Source: Amoebidium appalachense
Taxonomy: Eukaryota > Protista > Ichthyosporea
Direction: 5' to 3'
Length of the DNA stretch: 64,000 nucleotides
Assembly (NCBI GenBank): GCA_963693365.1
Contig: CAVNZM010000003.1
Span: 4,832,472-4,896,471 of the forward strand
Positions 1 through 39,785 of the stretch are shown here, one piece after another (within the stretch, counting starts at the first letter, position 1; every line of letters starts with the position of its first letter). Under the pieces are notes generated by a model. The model had not been told where the DNA came from. It saw only the letters and a list, made by a program, of their open reading frames with translations, and searched no databases. Both the position numbers and the translations under genes were made by a program.

Positions 1-526
1 CTTACTCCATACTCCATACATATTCCCACCCAACACCACAGATCTCTCACACAAAAAACGTGTTATGCACATACAATTATGTATTCTCCCAACACAGACA
101 ATTAACACCACACACATACAGTTCCAACACACTATGCCTACATTCTTCCCCCACACATCCCACATGGGTCCCAACACAGAGAAATCACAAATCATCAATC
201 AGCATGCTCCCCCCCCCCCCCCCCCTCCCCCCCCCCTCCCCCCCCCCCCCCCCCCCTCCCCCCGCCCCTCTCCCACCGGCGAGGCTGGGGTGCAAACCCT
301 GGGCTATGTGTGTACTAGAATAGTTAGAATTGGTAACGGTGTGTCAGCTTAGCTGATAACACCGTTAGAACCCTAACTAGGGTGCAGTCGGTGCTGTGTG
401 GAATACGGTAGTTCCCATGAGGCCCCCCTGGGGAGTCAGTCTCTCTGGGAGCAAAACGGGATTCAAAAAAAAACAAAAACAAAAAAAACAAAAAACAAAC
501 AAACACCGCATCTCCACCAGACTCAC

Positions 527-623
527 ATTTGCTCACACACGGCCACTGCATAGTCTGCCAGCACCTCTCCATCCAGCCCCCACCCTTCGAGCTCCGTCTC
601 AACATGTCGTCGAAGAGCAGACA
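527..623 (-). CDS. Probable coding exon of a small gene divergent from VPS16 (PWI-like/CCDC43-like N-terminal helical segment); rest of the structure unresolved
   Basis: Bounded on - strand by ctctctcag| and |gtgagt. Reads SALRRHVETELEGWGLDGEVLADYAVAVCEQ, a non-repetitive peptide resembling the L..LGLD.EV.A.Y pattern of PWI-like domains (recalled similarity, not searched). Candidate flanking exons near 1281-1320 and 324-445. Confidence 0.35.
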
Positions 624-1008
624 CTGAGAGAGAGAGAGGGCAAAAAAAGTCACTCCCCCTCCCCCCCCCCCCTCGCCCCTGCCCCCCCCCTCTTTCTCTC
701 TCTTCCGACCCCCCGACTCCCTCTCCCCTTGCCCCCCCCCCCCCCCCCCCCCCTCCGCCCCCAATAATATTAAAGATAATGATAATAGTAGTAATAATAA
801 TAATAAATAAAAAAACAGAATAAAATAGAAAAAATAGAAAGAAAACACAACTGGAGGTGCCGAAGTTGTAAAGAATGACACAGTGTCTTGGTATACTTAG
901 GGTTGATAGAAGTACGTTTGGTGTGTTCGATTGGTGCAGATTGTGAAAGTTTGGTAGTTCTAGGTTAGCAGCAAGCCAAGAAGCAAATTTATAGTTTTTC
1001 TTCTCTTA

Positions 1009-1048
<40 letters not shown>

Positions 1049-1939
1049 CTCAAAGAAAACAAACAGCACCAAAAAAATAATAATAAAAATAAAAATAAAA
1101 ATCTATGAGCTGACGGATAAGTAAAAATGTATGAGCTGACGGATATGTAGATGTGATACATCCACAACTGGTCCATTTTATTAGATATGAAGCATTTTAC
1201 TCTCGATTTTGCCCGATGTTGATTGTTGCTTCTACAGCCGGATGTCTAAGATGAAGCACCCAAAAATGAATAAAACATACTGTGTACGAGCGGACAAATC
1301 CCCAAGCAAGATCCGAACATGCACACTTTCTATACCCCTATTCAGCCTACTCTTTCCTTCTCTCCCAATTTCCTGAAGAACATTCTTCACGCCGCATACA
1401 ATCATCAAGCCTCTCCTCCCCCCTTTTTTTGCGAACCACAGCCGGTCCAGCCATAAATCTCATCCTAACAACCATCCAGCACAAAGAGAAAAAACAAAAG
1501 GATGCGTCACTGGGCAAGGCAGATGATATCGCAGGGGCGGGGGGGGAGGGGGGGAAGGGGGGGGGAGAGAGGCACGCACCAAAAGCTTTGTCATGGGATG
1601 TGGCCATGGCAGCAACTTCCCCACCACAGGGGTTCCTTTATTATCGTAGGGATGTAGAAGGTTTACCCAGCTTGCAGACTCAAAGTGGACAAAAACGTGT
1701 CTGTAATGAATTTCTGCGAATTAAAGTTTATGTGCTTACCGTGATCTTCTCACGCAAGGCGTTACTATCTCCTCGTGATCGTGAGTGTGCTGTTTATGGC
1801 TGAGAAGACATACGCTGCCTGCAAGCTCGAATCTATAAAATAAAGAACGACGGATACATGCAGACTCATGGGTCACCCATAGATTACCTTAGTATTCCTG
1901 TGTGTCTAACACAAATACCGGACTCCGAGCTCGATTGGT

Positions 1940-2028
1940 ATTCTCACGAGTGTCACAGGGCGCCACGAATTCTCACGAGTGTCACAGGGCGCCACGAATT
2001 CTCACGAGTGTCACAGGGTGCCACGAAT
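1940..2028. repeat. Tandem repeat, 3 x 29 bp (attctcacgagtgtcacagggcgccacga)
   Basis: Three head-to-tail, near-identical units with no spacers, in the likely divergent promoter region. Confidence 0.9.
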
Positions 2029-2830
2029 GGTGTTACAGTCAAAGTGACGCCACCAGACGCCACCATGAGAGCTGCCAGGTAACGGCAGTGTGAGCCACAA
2101 CGTTAACTACGTAATCATCTGTTTTCTGTGTAGCCTTACGTAAGCTCTCCATTATTATTAGCTGAAAATGCATCGCACCGATTTTTCAGTTGCCGCAGAA
2201 AAGCTTTGTTTCAATTCAATTGAGCTTCATGAACAAGGAAGAAGGGTGCCGGAGTAGAGTGTGATGGTTGTTACTCATATTACTTTTATAACTTTGCCTC
2301 AGCAAAGGAATTAGTTTTTTTCAGGAGGCAGATAATAAGTTTTAAGCATCTAACATAACTGCCTGTTGTGATACTTTGCTCAGTTAGGCCCATGTGACTG
2401 GCAGGCGAGAGGGCGACTACGGGTTCGGGTGTGGCTGGAGGGATTCATAATCACACATCAATTGCAGGAGGTACGAAACGTCGACGGTGGCCTGCGTGCT
2501 TTCTGTTCTTATTTTTCGTCTTCATCCGTTTTCTTTCTTTCATTTACTGTTTCCTATTTTCTTGCGTAGACACATGCTTGGAACGAGAATTTGACAAGGC
2601 CACTCGTGGATCTGCTACACATTCATGCAGCAGATGTTCATCTCTTTGTTGTGTTCTTCCCCTGCGTTTGACAAAGATCTAGGCTCAAAATTCACTTTGG
2701 AGAGCGGTTGCGAAGGTGGTCTCGTTAGTTTGGTGGTGGTGTTGGTCAGTGGGTGGTAGGGTAGGCAGGTATGTGTGTGCACGTGCGTCAGTGCGTGGCT
2801 GCAAATGTGTGCAGGGGGTTGGTTATTATT

Positions 2831-2833
<3 letters not shown>

Positions 2834-2870
<37 letters not shown>

Positions 2871-2882
2871 ATATCATTATTA

Positions 2883-2925
<43 letters not shown>
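2834..2925. repeat. (AAT)n followed by (ATT)n, a self-complementary microsatellite
   Basis: Seen directly. Confidence 0.85.
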
Positions 2926-2926
<1 letters not shown>

Positions 2927-3287
2927 GGGGGGGGGGGGGGAGGGGGAGGCGGGGGGAGGGGGGGGGGGAGGGGGGGTTTTAAGGAAGAGAGAAGGCTTGA
3001 ATAGTACATCATCTTTTTGGCATGCTTCCCGTTTGCCCTCCAAGTGTGATGCTTTGTTATTTGCTGTACTTTTTGGGGGTTATGGGGGTGTGTTGGAAGA
3101 GAGGAGAGTATGTGTGTACACTTACCCCCTATCCCCCGACCCACCAAAAAAAAAAAAAAAAAAAAAAAGGAGGAAGGGTTTTCTGCATGTGCGTGTGCAT
3201 GCACACGTGTGTCCGTGTGTCCGTGTGTCCCTGTCTCTCTCAGTGTCTGGGCGTCTCTGTGTGTTTTCTTTTTCTTTCTTTTTTTTT

Positions 3288-3318
<31 letters not shown>

Positions 3319-4010
3319 GGGGGGAGGGGAGGGGGGGAGGGGGGAGGGGAGGGGGGTGCAAGATCAGTTTTGGTGGTGGGTGACTGGTATTGGTGTATTT
3401 GCTCTACTCCAAGGTAGCATGTGGATTGATAGGTGACAAAGTACATTTCCAGCGAGGGAAGAAAGGAGAAGGGGTAGGGGGGGAGAGGGTGAGAGGGGGA
3501 GGAAGGGCGGGGGGGGGGGGGGGGGGGGGGAGGGGGGGGGGGGGTCAATTGGCACGGCTAAGGAGGAATGTTGTGGGTGTCACGGCTGGAGGGTTGAGTG
3601 TAGAGTAAGCGCTTTGATCATGGCTGGCAGCAACGGCTTGTGTGTGTGTGTTGTTTTGAGGGCGAGGTAGGAAAGGGGGGGCAAGGGGGAGGGACAATGT
3701 GGGTGGGTGAGGGGAAGGGGGGGGGGGGGGGGGGGGGGGAGGGAGAGAGAGAGAGAGTGTGTGTGTGTGTGTCAAAGGGAGTGGACGGTGGGGGAGGGGG
3801 GGGGGGGGGGGGGGAAGGGGCGGGGGGCAGAATGGGTTTTCTTTGGGCTCGGTTATTTGTTTAACTACTCGCCCTCCTCCCTCCCTCCTTCCCCCCCCCC
3901 CCCAAACCCCAGCCTTTCCCACTGCCCTTGCCTGCATAAGCAACCCTGCTCGTCTCTGATCAAGACGGGTGACCTACTCATGTTCAAGTGAAACAGTATC
4001 TGAGTTGGGT

Positions 4011-4180
4011 TTCGTTAACGAGGGGAATAGGTCGAAACTCGGGTACTGTGGATGACGTGGGCCCCCCCTGAGGATGGGCTCTGCTTATTATGCATACTCT
4101 TTATGTATGGCTTGCATTCTGCATCGTGTTATCCGTTTGCTCTTGTGTACTTCGTACTTTTTGACGCATTCAAAACCCCC
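4011..4180 (+). mobile_element. Full-length copy of the ~170-nt dispersed intronic repeat (hammerhead-like core motifs)
   Basis: Near-identical (1 mismatch seen) to the reverse complement of 62162-62331. GAAAC at 4034-4038, CTGAGGA at 4068-4074. Lies upstream of a strong acceptor (tttttgcag, 4345) before the VPS16 ATG, so probably within a 5'UTR intron. Confidence 0.8.
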
Positions 4181-4380
4181 CAAACCCCAACCCCTCCCCT
4201 ACCACCACACACACAAACACACACACACACACACTAACTCACACAAACACAAAAAGGAAAAAAGAAAGAAACTTAACCCTGCATCTAAACCGGAAGCACT
4301 TTCATGTGGCAAATGTCTTACTCACCCTATATTTTTTTTTTGCAGGGAAACCCCTCGTTTTTTTTGTTTTTTTTTTCACC

Positions 4381-25708
<21,328 letters not shown>

Positions 25709-26198
25709 GGCGGCGTGTACATTTAAAATATAAAATGCAGCGATTTTAAAATGACTTCAAACCTATCGTTTTTCTGTTTTTTTTTTTTTTTTTTTTTTTT
25801 TTTGTTGGTTGGTTGGTTGGTTGGTTGGGGGGGGGGGGGGGGGGGGGGGGGGATTCTGTATGTGTAAATATGTATGTGAATTTGCATATGCAAGTAGTTG
25901 AATGGGCTGGAAAAAGGCTGGTAGTACGTGAATTTATAAAACTAACGAGGATAGTACGCGAGAAAAACAAATCGCAGGGTAGGGAATCTTGATATTTCAC
26001 AATACCTAAAAGGGAAATAGAACTAGTGTTCATGTGCTTGTTATTTGCGAATGAAATCATTATCCGCACAATATCCAGTTTATATGATGCATGATACCTG
26101 CATTCAATTGGCATGAAAATTCGAAAACGAATGTGAATTTCAACGTGTATCAACCCCGATTAGGCCAACCATATTTGGTTGGTTAGTAGTACAGCAAC

Positions 26199-26501
26199 AA
26201 GTCATGAGTTCATGTAAGTGTTGTCTTCGAGATATAGGAAAAACAATCAAAGTTGATCAACCAATAATAAATGACTTTCCAGGAATTTTCCCATTATTGC
26301 AACTTTGAGGGTTGTTTTCTCTTTTTCATGCTTGTGTGCAAGTCATAACTTTATGTAAATGTTGTCTTCGAGATTTAGAAAAAACGGTCAGCTTATGCTA
26401 CAATAAAAGTTGATCAACTAAAAATAAATGACTTGCCAGGATGTTTCTCTTTATTAATAACAAATTTGAGGGTTGTGATCTCTTTTTGATGCTCGTGTGC
26501 A
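26199..26501. repeat. Diverged tandem duplication, 2 x ~140-160 bp, AT-rich intergenic
   Basis: Both units contain tgttgtcttcgagat..., aaagttgatcaac..., aataaatgactt.ccagga and tttgagggttgt...tgct.gtgtgca. Confidence 0.8.
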
Positions 26502-26747
26502 GGTTTCAGTGTCTCGTTTGCAGATTGGTGCATTAATGGCACTTGTCACGGGCAAGCTAGAGTCGATTCTACAAGTGTAGTGATCCCACAAATAAGAGTC
26601 GCTATAAGTTCACGAATATGTTGGTTATTTCTTTTACTTCTTGGGTCTGGTACCGCGGCCTGTTATGTAATTACAACATAGTTGTTGTGCACATAGGGAA
26701 GCAAAGGTTTTTTCGTTCATATAGCTGCTGACCATGAAAACATGTAT

Positions 26748-26831
26748 CCGCTGATAGCTCAGTTGGCAGAGCGGGAGACTGTAGCGGTCACTGTCATCTC
26801 TAGGTCGCTGGTTCGATTCCGGCTCGGCGGA
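26748..26831 (+). tRNA. tRNA-Tyr: tRNA-Tyr (GTA) with an 11-nt canonical intron (26785-26795)
   Basis: Acceptor stem CCGCTGA/TCGGCGG with C1-G72 and A73 (eukaryotic Tyr identity). A box TAGCTCAGTTGG; anticodon GTA at 26781-26783; intron after position 37; B box GGTTCGATTCC; followed by an oligo-T Pol III terminator. Confidence 0.97.
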
Positions 26832-27459
26832 CTTCTTTTTTTTTCCTTCCTTTTTTCTTTTTTTTTCTTTTTTTTTGCCCCACCAAACTTTGCTCTCTTC
26901 CCTTTTCCTTTTCTTGTCTCTTTTCATGGTCATTCTGCAAACGTTCATGTGACGTGTCAAAACCCTAGAAGGACTTCCATTAGCAAGCTACAAACCTACA
27001 CACGTTCACATGTGCTTCTTGACTAATATAGGCTCCCGAAGGCCCCCGCTTTTCTCGCCGCCAGTTGGCTCCGGCGTGCAAATTCCGCCTGTATATTCGC
27101 AACAATAGCATGTGCTTCTTTTGTTTTGATAACTAGATAGTCGTATGGTGCGTTCAACTACCTATTTTAGAGCATGGCCATGGGTACCAATTGACCAAGT
27201 GATGAGTTACTTTTGCTGTTTCACCCACGCAGTAAAATTGCGGGTTGAACGTTGCCCAGTGACCACAGCTGGCCCCTGGCTGAGCTTGGTGACAGGAATT
27301 TATTTTTTTAAAAAAAAAAGTGTACAAAGATACGAGATTTCACTATCAAAATGTTTTCCAACGGGGAAAGAAGCAGAAAGGGGAAATGGTGACAGCAGCT
27401 GTGACGTGCAAAAAAAGCTTCGACCAGTGCTTTTTACATGTGCACTCTGCGTGGTGCGA

Positions 27460-27510
27460 AATCAACCAATCACAGAATTGCACCTCAAAACTTGGCTCGC
27501 CAATCATCAA
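27460..27510 (+). promoter_or_regulatory. Two CCAAT (NF-Y-type) boxes upstream of uridine phosphorylase A
   Basis: aaccaatcac and cgccaatca lie 230-270 bp upstream of ATG 27737; function is inferred. Confidence 0.35.
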
Positions 27511-27736
27511 ACGTTTTCGCCAAAATTTCCATATGCAGGTATTTATGAAGAGTTATAATTGGTTACCTTGCTTGCAAGGAATTTTTCTGAGCCATCATGA
27601 TCGCGCCAACCTACCAAAACCGTCGACTCACTTCAGAACTGCACTTTTTCCTGCTATATTCTTGGGGGATTGCAAACCCATTCTATACATAACATTGTAT
27701 ACAAAGAATATTATATTCCTAAACGCGTGAACCAAG

Positions 27737-34667
<6,931 letters not shown>

Positions 34668-35167
34668 TTGGCTCATTAATTTTAAATGCACCGATGGCAT
34701 TGTAGCCCCAATATAGTTTATGTATTACATTCTTGTAAGTGGTATTATTCTTTGGCGTCCCTCCACAGGTTTTTGATGCATAGAATCCTAGATTTTTTGT
34801 TCGGCGGGATTTTTTCATACCCATTTCGGTGTGGGTCCGATGTCTAGTTGACTTACGTAACAACCGCTCACTTCACTTTTTTTGGACCCCCCTCCCCTAA
34901 AATTCTTAGTGCATGCACGTATTCACTACTTCACACCAAATATGGCGAGTTCAAGGGGGGGCCAGGGGGGGGTCCAATATGTATCTCGTTTTTTCCTGTG
35001 GTCTAGATTTCACCAAGGTTATAATGTCTTCTTTATTGGTAATGCCTAGCGTCCTTCGAAAGGACCACCGTGATGGCACCACTGCAGTTGATTTTTAGAG
35101 TAAAATATAACTAACCATATGCTGCTGCCATTAATAATTGGCTTAATTAAATTGTCAAATTTTAAGG

Positions 35168-36016
35168 TATGGTGTCGGACATCGTACAGTAGATTGACCC
35201 ATCCGGAAAAATAGATCCTATAAATTTCGCGATCCAATAACTTACCCGCCGTCTATCCCATTCCGGTAAAGACACCTTTTTCGATGCGTCTCATCAAGGG
35301 CTACAAACTGACGTCTCGAAACTTCAAAAAAGTTGAAAACTGCACATTTTTTTCTCATTGAGAAATTTTCGGACCATTTAGGGGGCTTGTGACGTCATCG
35401 ATTTTTGCAAGCATGTTTCTCGAACACCCACATATAAACTTTAGACGTTTCTTAGTGCAATCGACATATCTCGACGCGAGCTGTCGTGGGATATTTTTGG
35501 AGTTGGAAAAAAAAAATGGAAAAAAAGAAATCAGCCACGGCCAGGATCGAACTGCAGCCCAAGAATCCGGGGTCCCCTGAAGGGTTGGGTCTCATAAAAG
35601 ACCTAAATACTGCTTTTTCCACGTCGTCTTTCTTCTCATACACATGTCTATTGTCACACATTACAATGTGCAGCAGCACGGTCTGAAAATGTAAAGTTTT
35701 CAGATTTTCGCGGAACTACCATATATGGCAGGTATAAACCGTGTGCTACTATTTTTAGCAACAGAGACGCAGTTATGACGTCATTTTTTGGCTTTTAGGG
35801 GGCTTGTGACGTCATCACTTCTTAATAATGAAGATATCGCCAAAAAACTTGTACCTATCCCCGTCCACGGCCATCTAGAGACTCTAGATGGCCGTGATCC
35901 CCGTCATCCCCGTGACGAAAGGTATCCAAGACTGCAACAATCATGTCCGTAGCGCGATCGTGGCCTCCGCGGATCCGGGATCTAAAGGGGTCAATCTACG
36001 ATGTCCAGACACCATA
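35168..36016. mobile_element. Non-autonomous DNA transposon/MITE-like element (~850 bp) with imperfect ~30-bp terminal inverted repeats
   Basis: Left end tatggtgtcggacatcgtacagtagattgaccc (35168-35200); right end gggtcaatctacgatgtccagacaccata (35988-36016); TA at both outer ends. Internal direct repeat tttagggggcttgtgacgtcatc occurs twice. No coding capacity and no microsatellites inside. Confidence 0.65.
35857..35905. mobile_element. 31-bp palindromic insertion flanked by a 9-bp direct repeat
   Basis: ATCCCCGTC-[CACGGCCATCTAGAG A CTCTAGATGGCCGTG]-ATCCCCGTC. Confidence 0.7.
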
Positions 36017-36689
36017 TTTTCTTGACTCCAGTTCCTTGCTTGCATGCACGCACCTGTGCGGCAGGCTGTAATTCAAGTCTTTACCCCCCCCCCCCCCCCC
36101 CCCCTCCCTCCCTCTCCCCAACACAAACACATGCACACATACGTACACATACACATACACATAGTATTACACATATACACGGGCACACAGGCGTGCGCGC
36201 GCGCACGCACACACACGTGGGTACACGCACACATGCGTACACACACACACGTACACAAGTTACGGTACACACACACACCACGCACATGTATACACATACA
36301 CATGGTCACACGTGTGCAAACACCCTGTCACATATATGCATGCGCACACACACACACACGCACACACACGCACACACGCGCGCGCGCGCACACACACAAC
36401 ACACACACACACACTGTCAACGCTGGCATGACCGATGCAAATGATTATCTTTTCAAGTCCTTTGTTGACTAATTTTCCACGCCTAGCGCTGCAGCACGGT
36501 GCCGGACACTATTATTCGTGTATTCGTAGGTACGTGGCATTCGGTGTTTATTATTACGGACGGTGAATCTTTTAGTCACTAGACTCCCTACGAGCAACTT
36601 CTCGGAGCTCAGCCGCTCAGGCCGGTCCGCCGCATGGTGGGTATGAACCTCAATCAGCGCGCAGCCCCCCCCGGGGGAAGGGGGAAGGG

Positions 36690-36751
<62 letters not shown>

Positions 36752-37244
36752 AGGGGAAGGGATTTGGCATCAGAAGCCGGCATAAACCAAAGAGAACAGA
36801 AAATGTAGGGTTACCTACACGTGCCCCGCATGCGCGTACAGTCTGCGCCGGTTCTGAAGCGCCTGTGGAACGTAAACACGGAGGGAAATTTAATTTATCA
36901 CCTCACCACCACAGCTTTGCAAGCATGCATGTCGATAATAAACAGCAGATTCAGATTGAAAATAGTGTGTAAACCATCGAACATTATTGAGTGCCTGTGA
37001 AAGTTTGAAGGCCCCCTTCCACCTTCCGTTGAGACTTCCGTCTGTCCGTTGTTCGGAAACGCAAGTGGGGGACGGTGGGCCCGAGCGGGACTCTGCGGGA
37101 GGGCGCCAGGAATGCGACCCTCCGCGAATGAAATAGCGTGAACGTTGTTGTGTGCATTCCTAAACATTAGTCTATAAATACTATCCAATCGTAACACTGA
37201 ATCTTGTTTTGAGAGTGAGACTCGACTCGAGTTTAACTTGCAAC

Positions 37245-37343
37245 CCATATATGGTAAACACAAACAACGATTCTGCACACTGATTGGTGTTTGAATTTAG
37301 GCCCGTTTATATAAACCTGCCGCACCTTATCATTTTATCAGTC
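37245..37343 (+). promoter_or_regulatory. Putative core promoter of the CHRD gene: CArG box, inverted CCAAT, TATA, Inr
   Basis: CCATATATGG at 37245-37254, ATTGG at ~37283, TATATAAA at 37308-37315 and TCAGTC at 37338-37343 (30 bp after TATA). ATG at 37444; AATAAA at ~38695. Confidence 0.5.
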
Positions 37344-37443
37344 AACCAGCCAGTGCGCTGTAGCTTCACTTCATCTTGCACACAACCAAGCGGACACAAA
37401 AACCATCTCCTTCCGAAAAACATCAAACCACACAAACACCAAA

Positions 37444-38601
37444 ATGCATTCATTCACTCTCTTCGCTCTCGCGGGCGCTCTGAGCTCAGCCGTCTGCTCA
37501 CCCGCTCCATTCATCAACGGGTCCCCCGCTACCAACCACGTACAAGCACAGATGCATACACAAGAACACGTACACGTCCAGCCAGCCGCCGGTGGCCGCC
37601 TCCGCCGTTCTACCACCACCTCCACCGAAATTATTTCCTATGATTTGGATGATTCCCCTATGAAGGAGTCACCAAAAGTCACGGGTGTAAAATCGAAGGC
37701 AACCGGAAAGGCGCGCGTTACCTACATCCCGGCTATAGGACTTATCGCTGCCAAGGTCAGCTACAGAGACACCAACTCACCCCTTATTGGCCTACATCTC
37801 CACCAAGGAAATTCTACTACTAACGGCCCCGTCATTGTAAACTTCTGCTCCCAGTCCCCTCTACCTGCTGCGCTGACAAACGGTTCTGTCGCATGTGTGC
37901 AACAGAAATACGGTGCGGGACAGTGGTATCTTGGTACACCTTGGGCCCCTTACAACGCAAGCTCGGTTGAGGAGCTTCTTCTAAAAGACACCAAAAACAC
38001 GTATTTTAACCTGCACACAACCGAGTCTTTTAACGTGAGCGGAGGTAACGGACTCATTCGCCACCAGACAAAGATGAAGGAAATGACGGTTTTGGAGCCT
38101 GTCCCTACGAATAAGGCAACCAAGAAAAACGAGAAAATGTATGCGTACACGCTCGAAGCGTCCCCTGAAAAGGAACTCCCAGAGGTGACGAACGTTACTA
38201 GCAACGCTACCGGCACGGTTACTATTGGGTTTATTCCTTCCTCCGGCCTGTTTATTGCTGATGTTACCTACAACGGTATCGATGATGAAGTTATTGGGAT
38301 GCATCTGCACGCAGGAAACAGCTCTGTCAACGGTGCCCCGCTTGTTGTTTTCTGTGGGAGCGCGCCCCTCCCCTCCGTCCTCGTGAACTTCACGGTACCG
38401 TGCGTGCAGGGGAATAACCAGACCGTCCGTTATGTTGGTAACTTGGTCCAGGGTGTTACCCTTAAACAGGTTAAGGAGTTGCTTATGCATGAGCCTCAGA
38501 ACACTTACTTCAACATTCATGATCTGAGGTCGTTTGAGCTTGCGGGTGCGAACGGTCTTATTCGTCAGCAGACGAGCATTGTTGGTGGTTTCGATGATTA
38601 A
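37444..38601 (+). CDS. Intronless secreted protein with two tandem CHRD domains (385 aa)
   Basis: Signal peptide MHSFTLFALAGALSSAVCS and a pro-region ending in RLRR. Two repeats of the CHRD signature: E.P.V...S.ATG, IGLHLH.G...NG, YFN.H, NGLIR.Q. Several N-x-S/T sequons. Confidence 0.88.
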   Translation: MHSFTLFALAGALSSAVCSPAPFINGSPATNHVQAQMHTQEHVHVQPAAGGRLRRSTTTSTEIISYDLDDSPMKESPKVTGVKSKATGKARVTYIPAIGLIAAKVSYRDTNSPLIGLHLHQGNSTTNGPVIVNFCSQSPLPAALTNGSVACVQQKYGAGQWYLGTPWAPYNASSVEELLLKDTKNTYFNLHTTESFNVSGGNGLIRHQTKMKEMTVLEPVPTNKATKKNEKMYAYTLEASPEKELPEVTNVTSNATGTVTIGFIPSSGLFIADVTYNGIDDEVIGMHLHAGNSSVNGAPLVVFCGSAPLPSVLVNFTVPCVQGNNQTVRYVGNLVQGVTLKQVKELLMHEPQNTYFNIHDLRSFELAGANGLIRQQTSIVGGFDD

Positions 38602-39256
38602 GTTGGTTAGCTAGCCTAGTAAGGGGAATTTTAAATGTAAGAACGAGTTAACAGCATAGTATATGTATATTATGTAAAAAAATATATATAAAACAATAAA
38701 ACAGGGTCAAAATATCCCTCAAAAGAGCCCACGTGTTAATTCGCGACGTGCGTGATAATTCCAGCCTCGTGCGAATTGAAAGTTTGAAGCATATCTTTGG
38801 TGTGTGCCTTTTGTGTGTGTGGGTGGATGGGCGTGTGTGCGCGTGCGTGCGTGCGTGTGTGTGTGCGCGCGCGTGTCACAGTGCGTGTGTCTCTGTGTGT
38901 GTGTGTGCATGTGAAAAGCTCTTCTCCATTTTCTTTTCTTTTCTTGTTCTTTTTTTTCTTTTTCCTTCTTTTTTTTTCTTTTTTTTTTTGGGGGGGGGGG
39001 GGGGGGGGAGAAAGTTAAATCAGAAATGGGGTACGGGGGAGGTGATGACGATGAACGGTTGACTGGATAGGTTGGGGTGAAATGGGGGTGTTTGTGTCCG
39101 TGTGTTTGTGTGTGGTGGTGGTGGGAAATAAGGCGGCAGGGGGGGGGGGGGGGGGGGGGGGGACGAAGAGAGTGTGTGAGAGAGAGAATGAGTTACAGAG
39201 GGAGAGAACGTGGGGGGAGGGGGAGGACGAAGAGAGAGTGAGTTTGCAGAGAGAAT

Positions 39257-39287
<31 letters not shown>

Positions 39288-39634
39288 GGGGGGGGTTGGT
39301 TGGTGGCCACGGGATGCCAAAAAAAGCAGGCAGTATGGGGTGATTTGATTGTGGACTGTAAGGTGACACCACGGCCGTCTCGAAAAAATCTATTTTTGTT
39401 TTTCTATTTTTAGTAACACCCCTACATTTACTGAGTATCAATATCCCTTGTCGTGGGTGACACTGCCTACGAACTTGCAAAAAGGCAAAAGATAGCAGAT
39501 GCACTTTCGTAGAATATTTGATGCATGAAAATGAAGGTAAAACGTTCTTAGTGGTGAAGTAGAGACTGGCGGTTCACTATGGAAGAACTGAGATATTTGT
39601 GTGTATTACGGTATGTATATATTGAGTCTCGGTG

Positions 39635-39785
39635 CAATGTAAGTAACAGGTGATAACATTTCAACGGCTGAATTTGAAATACTAGTATGTAACAGGTGGT
39701 AACATTTTGCGCTCAGTTTCAAAGAAAAAATATTAGTATACAACAGGTGGTAACATTGTGCACTCAATTTGAAATAGTAATGTAT
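39635..39785. repeat. Three ~48-bp degenerate tandem units (aacaggtggtaacattt...tttgaaatactagtat)
   Basis: Seen directly. Confidence 0.7.

Noticed and set aside
1940-2028. CRISPR-like 29-bp repeats (also 9486-9775)
   Set aside because: No unique spacers, no cas genes, eukaryotic context.
26781-26795. Unusual or suppressor tRNA
   Set aside because: Ordinary GTA anticodon with a canonical 37/38 intron, standard for eukaryotic tRNA-Tyr.
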